Shown piece after piece: positions 1 through 9,576 of a stretch of DNA of 64,000 bases; position 1 is the stretch's first letter; every line of letters starts with the position of its first letter. The notes beneath the pieces are model-generated. The model saw only the letters and a program-made list of their open reading frames with translations. It did not search any database and was not told the origin of the DNA. Source of the DNA: Flavobacteriales bacterium (lineage in GTDB: Bacteria > Bacteroidota > Bacteroidia > DT-38); assembly GCA_013214205.1 (NCBI GenBank), contig JABSPQ010000435.1:9943-73942 (forward strand), written 5' to 3'. The position numbers were made by a program, and so were the translations under genes.

Positions 1-905
1 TCAGTCTTGAAGTAATCATCACAGAACTCATCAAACTCCTTTCTTGAAGCCTTGATATATCTATCAGTTGCAATTAGCATTGTTTCGGTTTGTAAAATGA
101 ATTTTTCAAAATCAGTATTTATCTCACAAAGTTTATCGATCGTTTTAAAATCAAGCTCCTTGTATTTCGATTGAAACAGAATGTTGCTTTCATATGGTTT
201 TGCTTTTAGCTCTATTATCCCAATTCCAAATGATTGGTTTAAACGTTCCATTTCGTCCATAAGATTCTTGCTAATATCAAAGGCAACCACATAACCATAA
301 TTTGACCAACTTGAATTTGAAACAGCTTGAAAGAAGTATTTTTTAAGTTCGTGGTCTGTTTTAATTTCTCGCTTGATTTCATATGAAATTAGATTAAACG
401 CATCCGATTTGTTGATGACCTTCATTAAGGCATTACTAGATTTATTTTGAAGGTTTAGAAAGCTAATGCCTATCATATCGGGATGAATCCATTTTTGATG
501 ACTATCCTTGCTATTTGCAGATTTCTCATGAAATATTGTCTTTGAAAATATCTCTTGGCTTTTTAAATAACTGCTGAGTAATTTATGTAAGTCTCGTTCT
601 TGGTAGGAAATTGACTTATCCTTTTTACCTGAATCCACAGCTTTCTCGACTATTTCTGATAGGTTGAGCTCGTTTTCATATTTCGATAAATAATATTCAA
701 ATCCTCGCTTACCATTAATTCTTTTTACTCGACTATCATTTTTTCGGATAAAATCCCCAAGCTGAGCTCCAGTCGTATCCGTAGGGGTTTTGGCATTACT
801 CCAATCAATATAGTTATTCTCATTTATAAGATCGTGAACTTCCAAGTAAGTAAAAGTGCTTTTGTTGTCTTCTAGCACCTTTATTATAGCTTCTTTAACT
901 GTCAT
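1..905 (-). CDS. Hypothetical protein, C-terminus truncated by the window edge. It has an N-terminal winged-helix (HARE-HTH-like) region and a possible nuclease-like core.
   Basis: Manual translation of the minus-strand frame from the ATG at 903-905 to position 3 contains no stop (>=301 aa). The protein begins MTVKEAIIKVLEDNKSTFTYLEVHDL. The six-frame track omits it because the stop lies outside the window. The protein continues ...KWIHPDMIGISF...ISYEIKREIK, a possible PD-(D/E)xK-like pattern that is unconfirmed. Confidence 0.55.
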   Translation of the reverse strand, partial: MTVKEAIIKVLEDNKSTFTYLEVHDLINENNYIDWSNAKTPTDTTGAQLGDFIRKNDSRVKRINGKRGFEYYLSKYENELNLSEIVEKAVDSGKKDKSISYQERDLHKLLSSYLKSQEIFSKTIFHEKSANSKDSHQKWIHPDMIGISFLNLQNKSSNALMKVINKSDAFNLISYEIKREIKTDHELKKYFFQAVSNSSWSNYGYVVAFDISKNLMDEMERLNQSFGIGIIELKAKPYESNILFQSKYKELDFKTIDKLCEINTDFEKFILQTETMLIATDRYIKASRKEFDEFCDDYFKT

Positions 906-963
906 AATTTTATATGTTAAAACCTTGTTGATGGGAACTGTACGTTAAAAGAGTTGCAATGTG

Positions 964-1707
964 TTACTCCTTTATTTCTCCTGCGATTTCTGCTGGCCAA
1001 AGAACTTCCTGCCCATAAAAACCGTCCTTTTCAACTCCACCTTGATCTTTCCCCTTCTTGGTCGCATACCATTGGTCATCTTTTTTGTACATCAACTTGT
1101 TGTCAATGAACCAAGAGTTTACTTTTCGACTACTTATTCCAGTCTCTAATGATAAATCCTTTGTCCTAACTAGCTTTGAATTAGAAGGACTTGATTTCTT
1201 TTTTTCTTCCGTTTTGATTTTGGGAGATTTCTTCTGTGGTACCTTGGCGTACGAAAAGTCCTCGCTATTATGAATTATTGAGTCTATATCTTTGGTAGCG
1301 TCTTCATAGACTAGTTTATCCTGCTCATTAGCAGTGTCAATTAATATTCCCATTTCTCTATTATTCTGCTGAGAGAACTCATATAAGTTCATAGAAGAAA
1401 TAATCATCTTATCTTCATTTAAATAACATTTAGCGTGAAGGTTTCTGGAGAAATATAAACGGACATAGCTAAGTCCTTCTAAATAGCTCATTTCTGCCGG
1501 TGCAAGTTCTTGTTTTCCAAAAACTATTCTTACTTCAACCTTCTCTCTTTCTTTATCGTTGAGAAGTTCTTTCACGTTATCCGAAAGTTTTAGATAAGGA
1601 CTTATTATATATAGTTCTTTTCTTGCGTCTCGAATTAAGTTTTCTAATTCAGCTGATATACTTGAAGTTCTTAAATATTTTGCCATTCTATTATTATTAG
1701 ATTTCAC
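964..1707 (-). CDS. Phospholipase-D superfamily (single HKD, Nuc/BfiI-like) nuclease fused to a C-terminal KilA-C/ANT-like domain
   Basis: The HKD-type motif NLHAKCYLNEDKMIISSMNLYEFS fits HxK-x4-(D/E)-x6-(G/S)SxN. The C-terminal ~90 aa (TKDLSLETGISSRKVNSWFIDNKLMYKKDDQWYATKKG...FYGQEVLWPAE) resembles the phage antirepressor KilA-C/ANT domain. The real start is probably MAKYL at ~1686. Confidence 0.6.
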   Translation of the reverse strand: MKSNNNRMAKYLRTSSISAELENLIRDARKELYIISPYLKLSDNVKELLNDKEREKVEVRIVFGKQELAPAEMSYLEGLSYVRLYFSRNLHAKCYLNEDKMIISSMNLYEFSQQNNREMGILIDTANEQDKLVYEDATKDIDSIIHNSEDFSYAKVPQKKSPKIKTEEKKKSSPSNSKLVRTKDLSLETGISSRKVNSWFIDNKLMYKKDDQWYATKKGKDQGGVEKDGFYGQEVLWPAEIAGEIKE

Positions 1708-1875
1708 ATTAAGTTTAAACCATAAATATGGTTATATCTCACTAATGCTTATGTCATTTAAATGTAATAAAAACTAGTAGTAAATTTCATTACTTGGTGT
1801 AATACATGGGTTTACCTATAGAATGAATAAAAGAAGAACAAATTAATCATATACTAATATGATGATCCCTACATA

Positions 1876-1897
1876 AAATGACCCCTGAAATGACCCC
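1876..1897. repeat. Two tandem copies of a 12-bp unit (AAATGACCCCTG / AAATGACCCCAT)
   Basis: Read directly from the sequence between the PLD gene and the tRNA terminator. Confidence 0.5.
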
Positions 1898-1900
1898 ATA

Positions 1901-1940
1901 AAAAAACAACCTACTGATATTCAATAGGTTGTTTTCTTTT
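1901..1940 (-). terminator. Rho-independent terminator hairpin, bidirectional, immediately 3' of the tRNA
   Basis: A perfect 9-bp stem AACAACCTA (1905-1913) / TAGGTTGTT (1925-1933) with an 11-nt loop. It is flanked by an A-run on one side and TTCTTTT on the other, giving a U-tract on either strand. Confidence 0.6.
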
Positions 1941-1943
1941 TAG

Positions 1944-2017
1944 TAGCGAGAGAGGGACTCGAACCCTCGACCTCCGGGTTATGAATCCGACGCTCTAACC
2001 AGCTGAGCTACCTCGCC
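1944..2017 (-). tRNA. tRNA-Met (anticodon CAU). A lysidine-modified tRNA-Ile2 cannot be excluded.
   Basis: The reverse complement folds as a 74-nt cloverleaf. The acceptor is GGCGAGG/TCTCGCT, the D-arm GCTC...GAGC, the anticodon loop TTCATAA (U33-CAU-A37), the variable loop 5 nt, and the T-arm GAGGG-TTCGAGT-CCCTC with discriminator A. CCA is not encoded. The A31-C39 mismatch and G1-U72 wobble were noted. Confidence 0.8.
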
Positions 2018-2191
2018 ATCTTCGTCCTCCGTAGCTTTAGCGAAGGAGAATCTTTCTTTAACATATTGAGCGAAACTTTGTCAATCGAACTGGTGTAGAT
2101 TGACCACGCTATTATTTGTCCTCAAAAATTGAGGTCACAAAAGTATTATAATTCAACATTGTTTGGGGTAATATTAAAAAAAATTAATGAG

Positions 2192-2923
2192 CTAATCTTT
2201 TAAAACAGGAGTATACTTCTTCAACATCTTCAACGTAAGCGTGAAAGCAGTTGCTGCACCAAAAATAATCATTGCTCTTTCTGTTAACACAAACTCCTCT
2301 GCTACAAACGAATCACGTAAAAGATCGATAAAAAGAAAAGAGAAAACGGTAGAAAGAAAACCAGAATACTCTCTTCTCAAAGAGGCTTTCCAAGATACAC
2401 CATGTTCATTTTTAACCCAATTTTTAAAACTTGGTACAAATGCAGGTACTCCCATCGACCAATTTAAGTAGTCGTCTTTAAACTTTCGTTCTAAAAATCT
2501 TTCTTCAGCAAACATGATGCGCTCATAATAGATCCAATACATTAAACTTACCACAAGAAAGAAGTAAATATTGGCAATGTAAATCACGATACCGATCCAA
2601 ATAAAATAATTACCCAGGTACAAAGGATGGCGTACGGCCGAGTAAATTCCGGTAACATTTAACGCATCTGCTACTTGTTTTTCTCTATTTCTGCCAGAAG
2701 TATGATTGGATGCGCTACCTATTGTGTAGCCTCTCACGAAAAATCCTAAGAAACAAACGGCAATTGCCGACCATTTCACAATTTCCATAGCACTTTCGGT
2801 TAAAAAAGCATTATCGTTAAAGTACACTGCAGGAACGGCTAACACGAACAAAACGACCGGAACTTGCCCCCGATACTTGAACAACCAGTTACCGTCACTT
2901 TCAATGGAATGTATTAGAGCCAT
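2192..2923 (-). CDS. Membrane methyltransferase of the isoprenylcysteine carboxyl / phospholipid methyltransferase (ICMT/PEMT) family
   Basis: It has multiple hydrophobic helices plus the family motif VRHPLYLGNY and the downstream EERFLERKFKDDY. Confidence 0.65.
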   Translation of the reverse strand: MALIHSIESDGNWLFKYRGQVPVVLFVLAVPAVYFNDNAFLTESAMEIVKWSAIAVCFLGFFVRGYTIGSASNHTSGRNREKQVADALNVTGIYSAVRHPLYLGNYFIWIGIVIYIANIYFFLVVSLMYWIYYERIMFAEERFLERKFKDDYLNWSMGVPAFVPSFKNWVKNEHGVSWKASLRREYSGFLSTVFSFLFIDLLRDSFVAEEFVLTERAMIIFGAATAFTLTLKMLKKYTPVLKD

Positions 2924-3038
2924 TTATTGCAAATAAATTGATGTTTTAAAAGAAATTATTTTAAATTGCGTCACTTGTAAAAAGCATGGCAAAGTTAGCA
3001 AAACTTTAGCTGTTTAATGGACGAGATTTAATATAGAC

Positions 3039-3419
3039 ATGTCAGACGATAGAAAATTTGAAGTAGAATACTTGGTAAAATCTTCACCATCAGTATTATT
3101 TAACTTCTTTTGCACCCCCGATGGTTTAGCCATTTGGTTTGCAGATAATGTGAACATAAAAGACAATGTATACTCATTTGTATGGGAAGGAGCAGAACAA
3201 AATGCCATCCTAGAAAAAAGAGTTGATGGAAACTTACTTAGGTTTAGGTGGGAAGAAGATGAACCAGGTACATATTTCGAATTTCGATTTGAATTAGACG
3301 ACCTTACTTCGTGTACTTCTTTATTTGTTACCGATTTTGCCGACGACGACGAAAAAGACGAGGCAAAAAGGCTATGGGACACACAACTTAACAAGTTATT
3401 TTCGGCGATTGGATTATAG
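3039..3419 (+). CDS. SRPBCC superfamily protein (AHSA1/START-like)
   Basis: Its 126-aa size and acidic C-terminus are typical of Aha1-domain proteins, which are commonly adjacent to lptF/G-like genes in Bacteroidota. This is a weak, motif-level call. Confidence 0.45.
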   Translation: MSDDRKFEVEYLVKSSPSVLFNFFCTPDGLAIWFADNVNIKDNVYSFVWEGAEQNAILEKRVDGNLLRFRWEEDEPGTYFEFRFELDDLTSCTSLFVTDFADDDEKDEAKRLWDTQLNKLFSAIGL

Positions 3420-3481
3420 CATTCTAATTGTTTAGAATAATATTCGAACTTTGTCGTTTAAAATAGCATTAAGAATTTTTA

Positions 3482-4873
3482 GTGAAAACACTCCATAAGT
3501 TCGTTATTACGTCCTATTTAGGGCCTTTCTTTATTACTTTCTTTATTCTCCTTTTCATGTTGCTAATGCAAATGATTTGGAAGTACATCGATGATTTGGT
3601 GGGCAAAGGATTAGATTGGCAAGTAATTGGAGAACTCGTTTTTTATTGGGCTGCATACAACGTTCCGCTGGCCCTCCCCCTCGCCATCCTTGTTTCGTCT
3701 ATGATGACTTTCGGCAACATTGCCGAACATTCAGAATTAGTTGCACTAAAGGCCGCGGGTATTTCCGTGCAAAAGGTAATGTTCCCTTTAATCGTTACTT
3801 CAGTAATTATAAGCGGTGTTGCATTCTACTTTTACAATAACGTGTGGCCCGTACTCAATCAGAAGCAATATTCGTTGTATCGCGACATTACTCAGAAAAA
3901 GCCAACCATGAATATAAAAGAGGGCATCTTTTATAAAGGTATTGAGGGCTACAGTATTCGTGTAGGAAAAAAAGCAGACGACGGACACAATTTAGAAGAC
4001 ATTTTGATCTACGATTTTATGGGTCAGAAGAGGAATAAAAAAGTGATTACGGCCAAAACTGGAATCATGACATTTTCTGATAATGACAGTCACATGCTCC
4101 TTACCTTAAACGATGGCTATAGTTACGAAGAGAGCTTGGATGCCAAAGCACCATTTGAGTTTACAAGAACCGTTTTCCAAAAACAAACCATGGTTTTCGA
4201 CCTTTCGTCTTACAAGTTTGAGCGTGAAAGCGACGAACTTTTTAAGCGCGGACACAAAATGCTCAACCTCAGCCAACTAACTACAGCAGCAGATTCATTG
4301 CGAAAAAAAGAAATTACAACGGGCGAAGATTTCGTTGAAATGATGAAGAAAAACTACATGCATTCTGATGTAGATTTATCTCGTTCTCAAGATACAATGG
4401 GCCATATACTCGTTAACACGGAAGTAGCCGAACGTATTAAAACTGTAGGACTTGCATTAAGCAGTTCTAAAGGAGCTATAGCTTATGTTAAAGCCATTAT
4501 CAGAAGGTCGAACAACAGAGATGAACACATTGCTTACTACCTCATCGAATGGCACAGCAAATACACACTATCCATATCCTGTTTAATCTTGTTTTTTGTA
4601 GGCGCCCCCCTCGGAGCTATTATTAAGAAAGGTGGCCTTGGTTTACCAATGGTAATTTCTGTACTTATATTTATAATGTTTCATGTAATCGTTACCATCG
4701 GTCGTAAAATGGTACAAGAATCATCACTTACAGCATTTGAAGGCATGTGGATGGCACCAGCCATAATATTACCCATAGGTCTCTTTTTAACTTATAAAGC
4801 CACTACAGATTCTCCAATATTTGATAAAACTTGGTATACCAATACAATAAATTCCGTTTTTAGAAAAAAGTAG
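3482..4873 (+). CDS. LptF/LptG (YjgP/YjgQ) family LPS export permease
   Basis: It has a GTG start. The N-terminus MKTLHKFVITSYLGPFFITFFILLF has the family pattern. It has an N-terminal TM block, a large periplasmic beta-jellyroll-like middle and C-terminal TM helices, at ~460 aa. Confidence 0.75.
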   Translation: MKTLHKFVITSYLGPFFITFFILLFMLLMQMIWKYIDDLVGKGLDWQVIGELVFYWAAYNVPLALPLAILVSSMMTFGNIAEHSELVALKAAGISVQKVMFPLIVTSVIISGVAFYFYNNVWPVLNQKQYSLYRDITQKKPTMNIKEGIFYKGIEGYSIRVGKKADDGHNLEDILIYDFMGQKRNKKVITAKTGIMTFSDNDSHMLLTLNDGYSYEESLDAKAPFEFTRTVFQKQTMVFDLSSYKFERESDELFKRGHKMLNLSQLTTAADSLRKKEITTGEDFVEMMKKNYMHSDVDLSRSQDTMGHILVNTEVAERIKTVGLALSSSKGAIAYVKAIIRRSNNRDEHIAYYLIEWHSKYTLSISCLILFFVGAPLGAIIKKGGLGLPMVISVLIFIMFHVIVTIGRKMVQESSLTAFEGMWMAPAIILPIGLFLTYKATTDSPIFDKTWYTNTINSVFRKK

Positions 4874-4874
4874 A

Positions 4875-6074
4875 ATGAAAATTCTTCAACTCTGCAACAA
4901 ACCACCTTATCCGTCGGTAGATGGAGGAATGATTGCTATGCAAGCAATTACATCAGGCCTGCTTCAAGCCAAGCACGAAGTAAAGGTATTTGCCATTTCA
5001 ACAAAAAAACACCCAGTTAAAATTGAAACACTCAACGAAACGTACTTAAAGAGTACTTCCTTCGAACACATTTTTGTTAAAACAGATGTTACACCGTTTG
5101 GCATCATCAAAAACTTCTTTCAATCGGGATCTTACAACATAGAACGATTTTATTCTAAAAAATATGAAAACAGATTAATTGAAATACTAAAATCGGCCAC
5201 TTTTGATATTGTACAACTTGAAAGCCTATTTATGGCACCATACATTGAATGTATTCGTGCAAATTCGTCGGCCAAAATTATTTTAAGATCTCACAACGCA
5301 GAGTTTAAAATTTGGGAACGAAGGGCAGCAAACACACCAAACCAAATTAAGAAATGGTACCTCAACTTTTTAACAAAACGATTAAAAGAATACGAGGCAA
5401 AAATGTTGAATGTATATGATGGAATTGCTACCATATCAAACAACGATTTAAACATACTAAAAGACCTTGGGTGCAATACCCCGATGATTGAAATTCCTTT
5501 CGGAATGGATTTAAGTAATTACGATATTGAGCCTACAACAAACAACACCCCATCTGTTTTTTGTTTCGCAGCTATGGATTGGGCCCCAAATCAGGAAGGT
5601 TTTAAGTGGTTTTTAAACAATGTTTGGGATCAAGTTCACCAAGATTTCCCCGATTTAATTTTTCATGTTGCAGGTAAGGATATGCCTGATTGGATGCTGT
5701 CGTTAAAAAAGAAAAACGTAGTTATTCATGGCAGAGTGCCCGATCAAATCGAGTTCCTTAATTCTATGGACATCATGCTGGTACCGCTTTTATCGGGTAG
5801 CGGAATCCGAGTTAAAATCATTGAAGGTTTGGCCATGGGAAAATGTATTATCTCAACATCCATAGGTGCCGAGGGAATTTTATATACCGATAACGAAAAC
5901 ATAAACATTGCAGATAGCCCAACGGAGTTTGCAAATAAAATAAAAGAGCTTGTGCGCAACGGCGCAAAAAAATCAGAAATAGAAAAAAACGCTATTCAAC
6001 TAGCAAATACTAAATATAACCTTAAGAATATCATAACTTCGCTTACCGATTTCTATGATCGAATTGGTAAATAA
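4875..6074 (+). CDS. Glycosyltransferase, GT-B fold (GT4 family)
   Basis: The C-terminal GT1/GT4 motif is GSGIRVKIIEGLAMGKCIISTSIGAEGI. It starts 2 nt after the permease gene. Confidence 0.75.
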   Translation: MKILQLCNKPPYPSVDGGMIAMQAITSGLLQAKHEVKVFAISTKKHPVKIETLNETYLKSTSFEHIFVKTDVTPFGIIKNFFQSGSYNIERFYSKKYENRLIEILKSATFDIVQLESLFMAPYIECIRANSSAKIILRSHNAEFKIWERRAANTPNQIKKWYLNFLTKRLKEYEAKMLNVYDGIATISNNDLNILKDLGCNTPMIEIPFGMDLSNYDIEPTTNNTPSVFCFAAMDWAPNQEGFKWFLNNVWDQVHQDFPDLIFHVAGKDMPDWMLSLKKKNVVIHGRVPDQIEFLNSMDIMLVPLLSGSGIRVKIIEGLAMGKCIISTSIGAEGILYTDNENINIADSPTEFANKIKELVRNGAKKSEIEKNAIQLANTKYNLKNIITSLTDFYDRIGK

Positions 6075-6079
6075 TTATC

Positions 6080-7258
6080 ATGAAAATATTAGTGCTTCTA
6101 TCCAGAATCCCTTACCCTCTAGACAAAGGGGATAAGCTTCGCGCTTATCATCAGATTAAAAATTTATCTAAAAATCACAAAATTTATCTCATCGCGCTTA
6201 ATGAATCTAAGGCTCACCCCGACGCTTACGAGAACTTAAAGAAGTACTGTTCTCACATAAAATTTATTAAACTTTCTCGATTTAGAATTTACCTGAATAT
6301 ATTCCTCTGTTTTTTTCAGAATAAGCCTTTCCAAATTGCCTATTTCTATTCTAAAAAAGTGCAGAAACAAATCAATGGAGTTATAGACGATTTTAAACCC
6401 GACCATATTTATTGCCAACTAATTAGGATGGCAGAATATGCAAAACACAGCGACATTCCTAAAACGTTAGATTACATGGATGCACTTTCGAAGGGGATAA
6501 AAAGAAGAATTGAAACTTCGGAACTTTATTTGAGATGGATCTTAAAAATGGAAGGCAAAAGAGTAATGCGCTACGAGCATCACATATTTAAACATTTCGA
6601 TTTTAAAACTATTATTTCAGAACAAGATCAAAACCTCATTATTCACCCTATTAATCATAGTATTAGTATCATTTCAAACGGAATTGATTCCGATTTTTTT
6701 GTTCCAGAAGAGATTAAAATAGAATACGACATACTCTTTGCTGGCAACATGCAATATCCGCCAAACGTGGAAGGTGCCACTTATATAGCGAAACAGATTT
6801 TACCAATTGTTCAAGAAAAATACCCCAATATTAAATTTTTAATTGCTGGAGCTAATCCTGCTCGATCAATTCAAAATTTAGCTTCCGAAAACATTACAGT
6901 TACAGGTTGGGTTGAAGATATTAGAGATTGCTACTCTAGCTCCCTTATATTTTTAGCACCAATGCAAATTGGTACTGGGCTTCAAAATAAATTATTAGAA
7001 GCCATGTCGATGAAACTTCCATGCATCACATCGAGCCTTGTAAATAACGCATTAGGAGCCAAGGTAAATCACTCTATTTTGATTGGTGATACGCCTCAAG
7101 ATTACGCCAATCACATCATCGATTTATTAGAGAATAAAGAGAAAAGGAACTTCCTAAAACAGAATGCTTATTCTTACGTAAGAGAGAATTTCAATTGGGA
7201 AGTTACCACCGATAAATTGGAACAATTAATTTGTGAAGAAACGGCATCCAAAAGCTAG
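6080..7258 (+). CDS. Glycosyltransferase, GT-B fold (GT4-like)
   Basis: The N-terminus MKILVLLSRIPYPLDKGDKLR and a C-terminal E-x7-E-like region (TGLQNKLLEAMSMKLPCIT) are typical of GT4 sugar transferases. Confidence 0.7.
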   Translation: MKILVLLSRIPYPLDKGDKLRAYHQIKNLSKNHKIYLIALNESKAHPDAYENLKKYCSHIKFIKLSRFRIYLNIFLCFFQNKPFQIAYFYSKKVQKQINGVIDDFKPDHIYCQLIRMAEYAKHSDIPKTLDYMDALSKGIKRRIETSELYLRWILKMEGKRVMRYEHHIFKHFDFKTIISEQDQNLIIHPINHSISIISNGIDSDFFVPEEIKIEYDILFAGNMQYPPNVEGATYIAKQILPIVQEKYPNIKFLIAGANPARSIQNLASENITVTGWVEDIRDCYSSSLIFLAPMQIGTGLQNKLLEAMSMKLPCITSSLVNNALGAKVNHSILIGDTPQDYANHIIDLLENKEKRNFLKQNAYSYVRENFNWEVTTDKLEQLICEETASKS

Positions 7259-7294
7259 TATTTAGCTAGCTTTACACCTTTAAATCTAAGGATT

Positions 7295-8500
7295 ATGTTG
7301 AATACAATAGAAGAAGCGATAGCGGATATAAAAGCGGGGAAAGTTATTATTGTAGTAGATGATGAAAACCGAGAAAACGAAGGCGACTTTGTAACGGCTG
7401 CAGAAAATGCAACTCCCGAAGTGGTAAACTTTATGGCTACTCATGGCCGAGGGCTTATTTGCACACCTATCACAGGAAAACGTTGCGACGAGCTAGAATT
7501 GGAGATGATGGTTGGGAAAAATACCGCTCAACACGAAACGCCCTTTACTGTTTCTATTGATTTAATTGGGCATGGTTGCACCACAGGAATTTCTGCACAC
7601 GACAGATCTAAAACCATAAAAGCATTGGTCGACCCAAATACAATGCCGAAAGAACTTGGTAAGCCGGGCCATATTTTCCCATTGAAAGCTAGAGCTGAAG
7701 GGGTTCTCAGAAGAACAGGACATACAGAAGCAGCAGTAGATTTAGCAAAGTTAGCAGGCTTTCAACCAGCAGGTGTTTTGGTTGAAATAATGAACGAGGA
7801 TGGCAGCATGGCTCGACTACCTGAGTTGATGAAAATTGCTGAACGATTTGAACTTAAAATAATTTCGATTGAAGACTTGGTAGGTTACAGAATTAAAAAC
7901 GATTCGCTAATTGAAAGAATGGTGGATGTGCACTTACCTACAGAATGGGGTAATTTTGAATTGATTGCTTACAGACAAATATACACAGGCGAAGAGCACC
8001 TTGCTTTAATTAAAGGCGAATGGGATGAAAACGAACCTGTAATGGTTAGAGTACATTCTTCGTGCGTTACTGGTGATATCTTTGGTTCATGTCGTTGCGA
8101 TTGTGGCGCACAACTACATGCAGCAATGGAAATGGTAGAAAAAGAAGGTAAAGGCGTTGTGGTATACATGAATCAGGAAGGCAGAGGGATTGGCTTAATC
8201 AACAAGCTGAAAGCCTACAAACTACAAGAACAAGGTATGGATACCGTTGAAGCCAACATAGAATTAGGTTTCAAAGAAGATCAAAGAGAATACGGAGTTG
8301 GAGCTCAAATTTTAAGAGATTTAAATGTGAGCAAGATCAAGCTAATGACCAACAACCCTACTAAAAGAGCAGGTTTAATTGGATATGGTCTTGAAATCGT
8401 TGAGAACATTCCAATTGAGATTGAATCTAACGAACACAATCACAACTACCTTAGAACTAAGCGAGACAAGATGGGTCATTCTATTAAATTAAATGAATAA
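7295..8500 (+). CDS. ribBA: Bifunctional 3,4-dihydroxy-2-butanone-4-phosphate synthase / GTP cyclohydrolase II
   Basis: The DHBP synthase signature is [14 protein letters not shown]. The GTP cyclohydrolase II zinc motif is CRCDCGAQL, with NQEGRGIGL. Confidence 0.95.
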   Translation: MLNTIEEAIADIKAGKVIIVVDDENRENEGDFVTAAENATPEVVNFMATHGRGLICTPITGKRCDELELEMMVGKNTAQHETPFTVSIDLIGHGCTTGISAHDRSKTIKALVDPNTMPKELGKPGHIFPLKARAEGVLRRTGHTEAAVDLAKLAGFQPAGVLVEIMNEDGSMARLPELMKIAERFELKIISIEDLVGYRIKNDSLIERMVDVHLPTEWGNFELIAYRQIYTGEEHLALIKGEWDENEPVMVRVHSSCVTGDIFGSCRCDCGAQLHAAMEMVEKEGKGVVVYMNQEGRGIGLINKLKAYKLQEQGMDTVEANIELGFKEDQREYGVGAQILRDLNVSKIKLMTNNPTKRAGLIGYGLEIVENIPIEIESNEHNHNYLRTKRDKMGHSIKLNE

Positions 8501-8538
8501 ACTTGTTTAAGTTATTTTCAAGGTAAGTTCAATTTGAA

Positions 8539-9564
8539 ATGGCTAACAAGTCTGTCGTAATATTAGGAATAGAGTCGTCGTGTGACGATACTTCAGCCTC
8601 GGTAATAAGAGACGGAGTTGTATTATCTAACGTAATTGCCAATCAAGATGTACACACAAAATATGGTGGCGTAGTTCCCGAATTGGCTTCCAGAGCACAT
8701 CAGCAAAATATCGTACCTGTAGTTTATCAAGCATTGGCACAAGCCAAAGTAAAAAAAACAGATATTGATGCTATAGCCTTTACACGCGGGCCAGGACTAA
8801 TGGGTTCTTTGTTGGTGGGCACTTCGTTTGCAAAGGCATACGCCATGGCGTTAAATATCCCGCTTATTGAGGTAAATCACATGCATGCGCACATTATGGC
8901 GCTTTTTGCTAAAGAGACCAACGAAGACTTTACGCATCCCTCCTTCCCTTTTATTTGTTTAACGGTTTCTGGCGGACACACTCAATTGGTTAAGGTAAGC
9001 GATCATTTAACGTTGGAAGTTTTAGGCCAAACGATTGATGATGCAGCAGGTGAAGCATTCGATAAATCTGCTAAGATTTTAGGACTCGATTACCCCGGTG
9101 GCCCGTTAATAGATAAGCATGCTCAAAATGGCGATCCGTTAAGGTTCAAGTTCACCCACCCAAAAGCACCCGATTACAATTATAGTTTTAGCGGATTTAA
9201 AACAGGCATTCTATATTTTATTAGAGACGAGATGGAGAAAAATGATCAGTTTATCAACGAGAATTTAAACGACATTTGCGCCTCTATTCAGCATACTATT
9301 ATTGGAATTTTGTTTAAGAAATTAAATAAAGTTGTGGCAGACACCAACATCAAAGAGGTTGGTTTGGTAGGTGGAGTTGCTGCTAATTCAGGTTTAAGAG
9401 ATGCTTTAAAACAGCAAGAAAAAATTGGCTGGAAAACACACATTCCAAAGTTTCCGTATTGCACAGACAATGCTGCAATGATAGCCATTACAGCTTATTA
9501 TAAATATTTAAATAATGAGTTTACCAATCAGGCAATTTCGGCCAAAGCAAGGTATGCTATCTAA
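8539..9564 (+). CDS. tsaD: tRNA N6-adenosine threonylcarbamoyltransferase (Kae1/TsaD)
   Basis: The N-terminus ILGIESSCDDTSASV and the HMHAHI metal motif are present. Confidence 0.93.
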   Translation: MANKSVVILGIESSCDDTSASVIRDGVVLSNVIANQDVHTKYGGVVPELASRAHQQNIVPVVYQALAQAKVKKTDIDAIAFTRGPGLMGSLLVGTSFAKAYAMALNIPLIEVNHMHAHIMALFAKETNEDFTHPSFPFICLTVSGGHTQLVKVSDHLTLEVLGQTIDDAAGEAFDKSAKILGLDYPGGPLIDKHAQNGDPLRFKFTHPKAPDYNYSFSGFKTGILYFIRDEMEKNDQFINENLNDICASIQHTIIGILFKKLNKVVADTNIKEVGLVGGVAANSGLRDALKQQEKIGWKTHIPKFPYCTDNAAMIAITAYYKYLNNEFTNQAISAKARYAI

Positions 9565-9576
9565 AAAGCAATCTAG

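Noticed and set aside
1-905. A PD-(D/E)xK restriction-endonuclease assignment for the truncated ORF
   Set aside because: Only a loose pattern (HPDMIGI ... ISYEIKREIK) supports it. Without a profile search it cannot be distinguished from chance.
961-1273. Plus-strand ORFs of 62 and 71 aa (961-1149, 1058-1273)
   Set aside because: They lie antisense inside the PLD-nuclease gene. They are low-complexity hydrophobic translations with no motif, so they are almost certainly spurious.
1944-2017. Alternative reading of the tRNA as tRNA-Ile2 (lysidine-CAU) or initiator tRNA-fMet
   Set aside because: The anticodon is CAU. The identity determinants of elongator Met, initiator Met and Ile2 cannot be distinguished reliably by eye. 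The absence of three consecutive G-C pairs at 29-31:39-41 argues against the initiator. The call was left as tRNA-Met (CAU).
3014-3394. A 126-aa minus-strand ORF that mirrors the SRPBCC gene
   Set aside because: It is the perfect antisense shadow of the plus-strand gene. Its serine-rich, low-complexity translation makes the plus-strand gene the real one.
7259-7294. A possible FMN riboswitch upstream of ribBA
   Set aside because: The intergenic space is only 36 nt, too short for an FMN aptamer. ribBA is probably co-transcribed with the upstream glycosyltransferases or uses a protein regulator.
8751-8760. A8/A9 homopolymer runs inside tsaD, neuB (26721) and the neuC/neuD overlap (27869) as phase-variation tracts
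   Set aside because: The genome is AT-rich, so A/T runs of this length are expected by composition. Only the C8 tract at 47931 is unusual.
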